Of a stretch of DNA of 64,000 nucleotides, positions 18,227 to 24,817 are shown one piece after another (the stretch's first letter is position 1; each line of letters begins with the position of its first letter). The stretch is from Actinomycetota bacterium (GTDB taxonomy: Bacteria; Actinomycetota; Acidimicrobiia; IMCC26256; JAENVU01): positions 69,680 through 133,679 of the forward strand of contig VGBT01000002.1 in assembly GCA_016870395.1 (NCBI GenBank). Direction: 5' to 3'. The translations under genes were made by a program, and so were the position numbers. The notes under the pieces are model-generated. The model saw only the letters and a program-made list of their open reading frames with translations, did not search any database and was not told the DNA's origin.

Positions 18227-19033
18227 TCAGGAGAGCCGCAGCTCCTTCCTGTAGATGCGCCGCGGGGCCACCGCCTCGATCTGGGCCGCGATCTCGGTGA
18301 ACACCCGGGCCGGCTCGCCCTCGGGGTCGGCCTCGACGACGGGAAGGCCCGAATCGCCCCCTTCACGCAGCTCCGGCACGAGAGGCACCCGGCCGAACAG
18401 CGGCACGCCGAGGCGGCCGGCGAGCTCTTCACCACCGCCGGAGCCGAAGATCTCGTAGGCCTTGCCGTCGTCACCGCGAAAGTAGCTCATGTTCTCGACG
18501 ACACCGATCACGTCGAGCTCTACCTTCGCGGCCATCGCGGCGGCCCGCTGGGCGACCGCCTGTGCAGCGGGCTGGGGGGTCGTGACGATCACGACCTCGG
18601 CTCGAGGCAGGAACTGGGCCAGCGACAGCGACACGTCGCCGGTGCCCGGAGGCATGTCGACGAAGAGGTAGTCGGGCTCGCCCCAGTCGACGTCGGTGAG
18701 GAACTGCTCGAGCGCCTTGTGCAGCATCGGGCCCCGCCAGATCACCGCCTGGTCCTCGGGCACGAAGAACCCCATCGAGATGAGACGCACTCCGTGACCC
18801 GACGGCGGGACCATGATCCGGTCATCGACCACTTCGGGGGACTGGTCGACGCCCAGCATCCGCGGCATCGAGAACCCCCACACGTCGGCGTCGAGCGCGG
18901 CGACCTGCTTGCCCATCCGGGCGAAGGTGACGGCCAGGTTGGTGGTGACCGAGGACTTCCCCACCCCGCCCTTTCCCGAGGCGAGGGCGATCACCCGGGT
19001 GCTCGCGTGCTGGAACGGGTTCTCCCCTGCCAT
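18227..19033 (-). CDS. Mrp/ApbC/NBP35-family Fe-S cluster carrier ATPase
   Basis: From ATG 19033 the protein reads MAGENPFQHASTRVIALASGKGGVGKSSVTTNLA.... The CxxC-equivalent region and the ParA/MinD fold are evident. No DUF59 N-domain is present. The longer track start (19177) would overlap the divergent regulator gene. Confidence 0.85.
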   Translation of the reverse strand: MAGENPFQHASTRVIALASGKGGVGKSSVTTNLAVTFARMGKQVAALDADVWGFSMPRMLGVDQSPEVVDDRIMVPPSGHGVRLISMGFFVPEDQAVIWRGPMLHKALEQFLTDVDWGEPDYLFVDMPPGTGDVSLSLAQFLPRAEVVIVTTPQPAAQAVAQRAAAMAAKVELDVIGVVENMSYFRGDDGKAYEIFGSGGGEELAGRLGVPLFGRVPLVPELREGGDSGLPVVEADPEGEPARVFTEIAAQIEAVAPRRIYRKELRLS

Positions 19034-19115
19034 CCCGCCTCCCCCTTCGATGGTCGGCTCCGGCACCCGAGGGCGCAGCGGTTTTTCCACTACCGGCGTA
19101 GGTAGAATACCGAAG

Positions 19116-19835
19116 ATGACCTCCCCACCCCCGCTCGACGCCTCCGAGTTCAGCGCCGCGGTGACCTCCGTCACCAACGCGTTCGGAGACCCGACGCGCC
19201 GCGAGATCTACCTCGCGATCCGCGACGCGGAAGGTGGCGCGACGGCGGCGGAGATCGCCGAGCGCTTCGAGCTACACCCGAACGTCGCTCGCCACCACCT
19301 CGAGAAGCTCGCCGCCGGAGGCTACCTGGAGGTCGACCTCGGTCGTGCCGAGGGGGCGCGCGTCGCGGGCCGACCCTCGAAGCGATATCGGGTCACCGAG
19401 CTCGACCACGCGCTGACCTTCCCGCCTCGGCGCGACGACCTGCTGGCCACGCTGCTCGCGCGTGCGCTCGAGGTGCTCCCGCCCGAGCAGGCCGCGGCGA
19501 TGGGCGAGGCGGTGGGCTTCGACTACGGCCGCGCGGTCGCGGCCCGCATGGCGCCCACGGAGGGCCAGCGGTCCGTGAAGGCCGCCCTGGCCGCGGTAGC
19601 CGACGCCCTGACCGCCCACGGCTTCGCAGCCCATGCCGAAGCCACCGGCACCTCGATGACGATCATTTCCGAGCACTGCCCGTTCGGCGACGCCGCCCAG
19701 CGCTACCCGCACGTCGTGTGCGCGGTCGACCGCGGCCTGATCCGGGGATTGATGGCCGGGCTCTACGGCGAGACCCACCCACGCTTCGAAGCGAGCAGGC
19801 CCGACGGCGACGACCATTGCGTCGCGCGCGTGTGA
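19116..19835 (+). CDS. Winged-HTH (ArsR/DeoR-like) regulator with a C-terminal Cys triad, SufR-like
   Basis: From ATG 19116, the N-terminal wHTH is FGDPTRREIYLAIRDAEGGATAAEIAERFELHPNVARHHLEKLAAGGYL. The C-terminal half has C-x13-C-x32-C (EHCPFG...VVCAVD...DDHCVARV). TAGAAT lies 7 nt upstream of the ATG. Confidence 0.6.
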   Translation: MTSPPPLDASEFSAAVTSVTNAFGDPTRREIYLAIRDAEGGATAAEIAERFELHPNVARHHLEKLAAGGYLEVDLGRAEGARVAGRPSKRYRVTELDHALTFPPRRDDLLATLLARALEVLPPEQAAAMGEAVGFDYGRAVAARMAPTEGQRSVKAALAAVADALTAHGFAAHAEATGTSMTIISEHCPFGDAAQRYPHVVCAVDRGLIRGLMAGLYGETHPRFEASRPDGDDHCVARV

Positions 19836-21001
19836 TCCGCGCCTACCTGGACCACGCCTCCTCGTCGCCACTGCGGCCCTGCGCGCGCGAGGCGATGCTG
19901 CCGTTCCTCCACGAGCACCACGCCGACCCGGGTCGCCTCCACGCGGAGGGGCGCGCCACCCGGGTAGCGATCGAGTCAGCACGCGAGCGGGTGGCCGAGA
20001 TGTTCGGTGCCCGGCCTCGCGAGGTCGTGTTCACCTCGGGAGGCACCGAGGCGGTAAACGCGGCGGTGATCGGCGCGGTGCGACGCGCTCCCCACTCGGG
20101 CCGAGTGGTCACCACCGCAGTCGAACATTCGAGCGTGCTCGACGCCTGCAGGCGCGAGCCGGTCGAGACGATCGTCGTCGGCGTGGACGGCTTCGGTCGC
20201 TTCGATCCGGACGAGATCGCCGAACGGATCACCGACGACACCGCCCTGGTCAGCGTGCAGCTCGCGAACCACGAGGTGGGAACCCGCCAGCGCGCGGAGA
20301 AGGTGTGCGCCGCGGCTCGCGAGCGCGGCACCGTCGTGCACGTCGACGCGTGCGCGGCCGCGGGCTACGCGCCGGTCGACTTCGCCGGGCTCGGCGCCGA
20401 CCTCTGCAGCGTCACCGCCCACACGTGGGGAGGCCCGAAGGGGATCGGGGCGCTCCTGGTCCGCCGGGGGCTGCGCGTGCCACCGCTCGTCGTCGGCGGG
20501 GCGCAGGAGCGCGCCCGCCGCGGCGGACTGGAGAACGTCCCGGCGATCGTCGGCTTCGGGGCCGCCGCTGAGCATGTGAGACCCAGGCTCGCGGACGAGG
20601 CCGCGGCGGCTCGTCGCCTCACGACGAGGGCGCTGGTGGGTCTGATGGAGGCCGTTGCGGGCCTCACGCGCTTCGGCGACCCGCAGGACGCCTTGCCCAA
20701 CCTGTGCTGCTTCGGCATCGACGGCGTGGAGGCCGAGCCGATCCTGCTCGGCCTCGACCGCCGGGGGATTGCGGTGCACTCCGGCTCGTCCTGCTCGAGC
20801 GAGACGCTGGAGCCGTCACCGGTGCTCGAGGCGATGGGCGTGACCGCCGACCACTCGCTGCGGATCAGCGTGGGCTGGTCGACCGTCGACGCCGACGTCG
20901 ACCGGCTCGTCGCCGAGCTCCCCGGCGTCGTCACCGGACTGCGAGCCCTGCGCGCCGCCGGAGAAAACAACGGAAACGACCCGACGATGGAGGAACGATG
21001 A
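19832..21001 (+). CDS. Class V aminotransferase-fold protein, NifS/IscS-like cysteine desulfurase homolog (PLP-lysine position is Thr)
   Basis: GTG 19832 overlaps the regulator stop (GTGA). Motifs TSGGTEAVN, VEHSSVL, HVDACAAAG and the active-site loop HSGSSCSSE are present. However, the conserved S-x-H-K-x-x-G-P-K-G reads TAHTWGGPKG. Confidence 0.8.
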   Translation: MIRAYLDHASSSPLRPCAREAMLPFLHEHHADPGRLHAEGRATRVAIESARERVAEMFGARPREVVFTSGGTEAVNAAVIGAVRRAPHSGRVVTTAVEHSSVLDACRREPVETIVVGVDGFGRFDPDEIAERITDDTALVSVQLANHEVGTRQRAEKVCAAARERGTVVHVDACAAAGYAPVDFAGLGADLCSVTAHTWGGPKGIGALLVRRGLRVPPLVVGGAQERARRGGLENVPAIVGFGAAAEHVRPRLADEAAAARRLTTRALVGLMEAVAGLTRFGDPQDALPNLCCFGIDGVEAEPILLGLDRRGIAVHSGSSCSSETLEPSPVLEAMGVTADHSLRISVGWSTVDADVDRLVAELPGVVTGLRALRAAGENNGNDPTMEER

Positions 21002-21714
21002 CCGACTGGCCCGATCTCGCGGGGCGCCTCACGGGTGCCCTCAACCTCACGAGCCCACCGCTCGCGATCACGTTCCACGACGCGGCTCCCGCCGGCGTGG
21101 AGCCATGCGAGCTGCCGACGCCGTCACCGCTCCCCGACGGCCGCACGGGGCGGGTGCCGGCCGGGTGCGTGTTCTGGGTCCACGCCGCCGAGCGCACGTT
21201 CTCGACCGTCGCAGCCGACCACGCGAACTGCAGCGTCGGGAGCATGACCCACGGCTTCAAGACGCTGGACGACGTCGCCGGCAACGCCGACGTCGCGGCG
21301 CTGCTCGAGAGCGGCTGGGTGACCCTCGAAATCGTCCCTCAGATCCCCGTCGTTGCGGATCGTCCCGCCGCAATCACCTACGGACCGCTCGCCGAGTCGG
21401 CGTTCGACCCCGATGTGGTGTTCCTGCGCGTCAACGGCAAGCAGCTCATGGTGCTCTCCGACGCGATCCCGGGACTGCGGATCGAGGGCAAGCCCCAGTG
21501 CCACATCGTCGCGATCGCGAAGGAGCGGGGCGAGGTGGCAGCCAGCGTGGGCTGTGCACTGAGCCGCGTGCGCACGGGGATGCAGGCAACCGAGATGACC
21601 TGCGCGATACCGGGCTCGCGCCTGGGCGAGGTCCTCGACGTGATCGAGCGCAATGCCCACGCCGATGCCGCGGTCGCGCGCTACGCGGCCGACGACGCAC
21701 TTCGCTTCGCCTGA
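20998..21714 (+). CDS. DUF169-family protein (uncharacterised)
   Basis: ATG 20998 overlaps the NifS-like stop (ATGA). The 238-aa protein resembles DUF169/COG2043 as I recall it (..PLAITFHD.., AGCVFW, ANCSVG, PQCH, GCALSR.. MTCAIP). Confidence 0.65.
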   Translation: MTDWPDLAGRLTGALNLTSPPLAITFHDAAPAGVEPCELPTPSPLPDGRTGRVPAGCVFWVHAAERTFSTVAADHANCSVGSMTHGFKTLDDVAGNADVAALLESGWVTLEIVPQIPVVADRPAAITYGPLAESAFDPDVVFLRVNGKQLMVLSDAIPGLRIEGKPQCHIVAIAKERGEVAASVGCALSRVRTGMQATEMTCAIPGSRLGEVLDVIERNAHADAAVARYAADDALRFA

Positions 21715-21735
21715 GAAGGTGCGTCGCGCTCGGCG

Positions 21736-22365
21736 CTACTTCTTGGAACCCGAGTAGTACGGGTCGGCACCGGCGGCGTGGTCGGTGACATCGATGACCT
21801 CGGTGATCTCGGGCACCCCTTCGAGGATCGCTACCTCGATGCCCTGCGAGAGCGTGACCGCGGCGAGCCCGCAGCCCTGGCAGCCTCCGCCCATCCGCAG
21901 GTAGGCCCGGGTCTCCTCGACCGCGACGAGCTGTGCGAACCCACCATGGGCGGCGATCGCCGGGTTGATCTCGTCCTCGAGGATCGCGACCACCCGCGCG
22001 ACGAGCGGGTCGGAGAGGTCGAGGGCGAGGTCGGCCTCGGGCAACCGTGGGCCCTGCCGGGGCGGGTTCGGGTTCTGAAGCACCATCCCGCCGGCCGAGA
22101 GGTCGAGCGTGGAGCCGCGCACCTTCTCGGCGTCCTCCCCGGGGACGACGATGGACAGGTCGTCGCCGGGCTGAACGGAGTCGGCCTCGCCGGCTTCGTC
22201 CAGGCGCCGGAAGTACATGTCATAGGTGAACGCGTTGCCCTGGACTCCGCTCACCTCGAGCCACAGGGCCAGCGCGTCAGGCTCCGGCTCGGCGGCACGG
22301 ACCTCGAGGATCTTCTCGCGGGCCGCGTCGGTGACCGTCAGCAGCGGTGTGGGGGCATCACTCAT
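21736..22365 (-). CDS. NfuA-like Fe-S carrier (IscA/HesB-like N-domain + Nfu C-domain)
   Basis: From ATG 22365, the N-domain is LLTVTDAAREKILEV...LWLEVSG..FTYDMYF (A-type fold, no Cys). The C-domain is INPAIAAHGGFAQLVAVEE..AYLRMGGGCQGCGLAAVTL with the Nfu CxxC. Confidence 0.75.
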   Translation of the reverse strand: MSDAPTPLLTVTDAAREKILEVRAAEPEPDALALWLEVSGVQGNAFTYDMYFRRLDEAGEADSVQPGDDLSIVVPGEDAEKVRGSTLDLSAGGMVLQNPNPPRQGPRLPEADLALDLSDPLVARVVAILEDEINPAIAAHGGFAQLVAVEETRAYLRMGGGCQGCGLAAVTLSQGIEVAILEGVPEITEVIDVTDHAAGADPYYSGSKK

Positions 22366-22372
22366 GTGCACC

Positions 22373-23548
22373 ATGATAGGACCGATGCCCCGGGTCCTCC
22401 TCCTCGTGCCCACGGTCACCTATCGCGCACCCGACTTCGTCGCCGCGGCCCGGGCACTCGGCGTGGACCTGGTCGTCGGCACCGACGACGCGGCGGGCCT
22501 CGCTGCCGACGGGCGACTGGTCACGATCCCGCTCGCGGACCCCGACGCCGCGACCGACACGATCGAGGCGATCGATCGGAAGATCGGCGTCGATGCCGTG
22601 GTGGCCGTCGACGACGGCGGCTCGCTCGCCGCCGCGCGTGCGGGTGAGCGCCTGGGGTTCCCGCACAACCCACCCGATGCCGTGGCGGCGACGCGCGACA
22701 AGGCGGAGATGCGGCGCCGGCTGGCGCGAGCGGAGGTGCCCCAGCCGCGGTTCGCTTCGACTGGGGCCGACGTCGGGTATCCGTGCGTGGTCAAGCCGAC
22801 GGGCCTGTCGGGCAGCCGCGGCGTGATCCGCTGCGACACCCCGGAGGCCGAACACGCCGCGCGCGCCCGCATCGCGGCGTTCTGGTCCGGCCCCGTGATC
22901 GTGGAGCAGTACGTGCCCGGTGTAGAAGTCGCCGTCGAGGGGCTGCTGCGCGCCGGCGACCTCGAGCTGCTCGCGACCTTCGACAAGCCCGACCCGCTCG
23001 TAGGCCCGTACTTCGAGGAGACGCTCTACGTCACGCCGTCGCGACTCCCGGTGGAACAGCTCCGGGCGGTCGAGCGCGCGACCGCGCGTGCGGCGAGCGC
23101 GCTCGGGCTCACCGAGGGGCCGGTCCACGCCGAGCTGCGGATCGACGGCGAGCGCCTCCACGTCATCGAGGTCGCGGCGCGCTCGATCGGGGGGCTGTGC
23201 GCGCGGACGTTGCGCTTCGGCGTCGGCGTCAGCCTCGAGGAGCTCGTTCTTCGCCACGCGTGCTCGATGCCCCTCGACGGCATAGCACGCGAGCAGGTTG
23301 CGGCCGGAGTGATGATGCTGCCCATCCCACGCTCGGGGACGCTCGCCGCGGTGCACGGCCGCGAACACGCGCTCGCCGTTCCCCTCGTGGAGGGACTCGA
23401 GCTCACGATCCCCGTCGGTCGCCCCGTCGTCGCGCTGCCCGAGGGCGACCGCTACCTCGGGTTCCTGTTCGCTCGCGGGCCCACGTCCGAGGTGGTCGAG
23501 ACTGCCCTGCGGGAGGCCACGAGCCGCCTCGGTATCGTCGTCAAGTGA
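22373..23548 (+). CDS. ATP-grasp domain ligase (substrate unknown)
   Basis: RDKAEMRRRLA, GYPCVVKPTGLSGSRGV, VIVEQYVPGVEVAVEG and GPVHAELRIDGERLHVIEVAARSIGG match the ATP-grasp fold. The start is ATG 22373 or ATG 22385. Confidence 0.75.
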   Translation: MIGPMPRVLLLVPTVTYRAPDFVAAARALGVDLVVGTDDAAGLAADGRLVTIPLADPDAATDTIEAIDRKIGVDAVVAVDDGGSLAAARAGERLGFPHNPPDAVAATRDKAEMRRRLARAEVPQPRFASTGADVGYPCVVKPTGLSGSRGVIRCDTPEAEHAARARIAAFWSGPVIVEQYVPGVEVAVEGLLRAGDLELLATFDKPDPLVGPYFEETLYVTPSRLPVEQLRAVERATARAASALGLTEGPVHAELRIDGERLHVIEVAARSIGGLCARTLRFGVGVSLEELVLRHACSMPLDGIAREQVAAGVMMLPIPRSGTLAAVHGREHALAVPLVEGLELTIPVGRPVVALPEGDRYLGFLFARGPTSEVVETALREATSRLGIVVK

Positions 23549-24813
23549 GGATCCTGCTGGTGTCGACCTACGAGCTCGGGCACCAGCCCCTCGGAGTGGC
23601 CGGTCCTGCCGGGACGCTGCAGTCCCGCGGCCACGAGGTCCGGGCGCTCGACCTGGGCGTGGACCCCTGGGACCCGGAGCTGGCCGCATGGGCCGAACGG
23701 GTCGCGATCTCCGTACCCATGCACACCGCGGCCCGCCTGGCCCGCGCCGTCGCTCCCCGGGTCGACCGCCCGGTCGCGTGCTTCGGCCTCTATGCCGCGA
23801 TGTGTGCGGACGTCGCGACCGCGCTCGTCGACCGGCTGCCCGAGCGCGCGCTCGTGCGCTGGGTCGAGGACGACCCACGCGCCGAGGTCGCTCCCGCCCG
23901 ACCTGCGCGCGACGGCCTCCCGCCACTCGAGCGCTACGCCCGGCTCGTCCACCGGGGCGAGGAGGTCCCGGTCGCCTACGTCGAGGCATCCACCGGTTGT
24001 GCACACCGGTGCCGGCACTGCCCGGTCCCCGTCGTCTACGACGGGCGAACTCGGATCATCGCGCCGGACGCGGTCGTGGCCGACGTCGCGGTGCAGGTCG
24101 AGGCGGGCGCGCGCCACGTCACGTTCGGCGATCCCGACTTCTTCAACGGGGTGCACCATGCCCTGCGCGTCGCCCGTGCGGTCCACTCGGCGTTTCCGGA
24201 GCTGACCTTCGACTGCACCGTCAAGGTCGAGCACGTCCTCAGGCACGAGGAGCGCTGGGCCGAGATGGCCGACCTCGGATGCCTGTTCGTGGTGAGTGCG
24301 TTCGAGAGCGTCAACGACGCGATTCTCGGGCGACTCGACAAGGGGCACACCGCGCGCGACGCGCGGCGGGCGGTCGGAGTGCTGAGTGACTCGGGCATCG
24401 CGGTCCGCCCCACCTGGCTGCCGTTCACCCCTTGGTCGACCCTCGCCGACGTCCGAGGGATCACCGACTTCGTGGCCGAGCACGGCCTGGTCGGCTACGT
24501 CGAACCGGTGCAGTACTCGATCCGTCTGCTCGTGCCGGAGGGTTCGCTGCTGCTCGGCCGGGTCGACGGCCTCGGCCCGTTCGATCCCGAACGGCTCGCC
24601 TACCCGTGGTCTTCGCCACTCGACGACCTGCAGTCGAGGGTGGCCGCACGCGTCGAGACGATGATGGATCGTCCGATCCCCGAGACGTTCGACGCCGTGC
24701 GCGACGAGCTCGGCCAGGACCCGGTGCACGCGCCGGACGCGGCAGTCCCCCGGCTGTCGGAGCCGTGGTTCTGCTGCGCCGAGCCCACCGACGCGCAGCT
24801 GCGCAGAGTCTGA
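23545..24813 (+). CDS. B12-binding-like/radical SAM enzyme with a C-terminal CCAEP tail
   Basis: GTG 23545 overlaps the ATP-grasp stop (GTGA). The N-terminal domain is Rossmann-like (VRILLVSTYELGHQPLG). The radical SAM motif is ASTGCAHRCRHCP (CxxxCxxC). The C-terminus is ...SEPWFCCAEPTDAQLRRV. The upstream 254 codons of the 676-aa track ORF are shadow frame. Confidence 0.85.
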   Translation: MRILLVSTYELGHQPLGVAGPAGTLQSRGHEVRALDLGVDPWDPELAAWAERVAISVPMHTAARLARAVAPRVDRPVACFGLYAAMCADVATALVDRLPERALVRWVEDDPRAEVAPARPARDGLPPLERYARLVHRGEEVPVAYVEASTGCAHRCRHCPVPVVYDGRTRIIAPDAVVADVAVQVEAGARHVTFGDPDFFNGVHHALRVARAVHSAFPELTFDCTVKVEHVLRHEERWAEMADLGCLFVVSAFESVNDAILGRLDKGHTARDARRAVGVLSDSGIAVRPTWLPFTPWSTLADVRGITDFVAEHGLVGYVEPVQYSIRLLVPEGSLLLGRVDGLGPFDPERLAYPWSSPLDDLQSRVAARVETMMDRPIPETFDAVRDELGQDPVHAPDAAVPRLSEPWFCCAEPTDAQLRRV

Positions 24814-24817
24814 CGGT

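Noticed and set aside
19034-19177. Longer N-terminus for the Mrp/ApbC gene (start 19177), possibly hiding a DUF59 domain
   Set aside because: The extra 48 residues (MVTEVTAALNSEASSGGGEVIFGILPTPVV...) do not resemble DUF59. They would also overlap the divergent SufR-like gene and its TAGAAT promoter element. ATG 19033 gives a standard Mrp core.
22783-23544. N-terminal 254 codons of the 676-aa track ORF that ends as the radical-SAM protein
   Set aside because: This part overlaps the ATP-grasp gene in another frame and reads as Arg/Pro-rich nonsense. Sensible text starts at GTG 23545 (VRILLVSTYELGH...), which also gives a GTGA coupling.
24760-24813. Selenocysteine in the CCAEP/CUAEP tail of the radical-SAM protein
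   Set aside because: The tail is encoded by TGC TGC, with no in-frame TGA. No SECIS-like hairpin is needed or seen, so this member is the Cys-Cys form.
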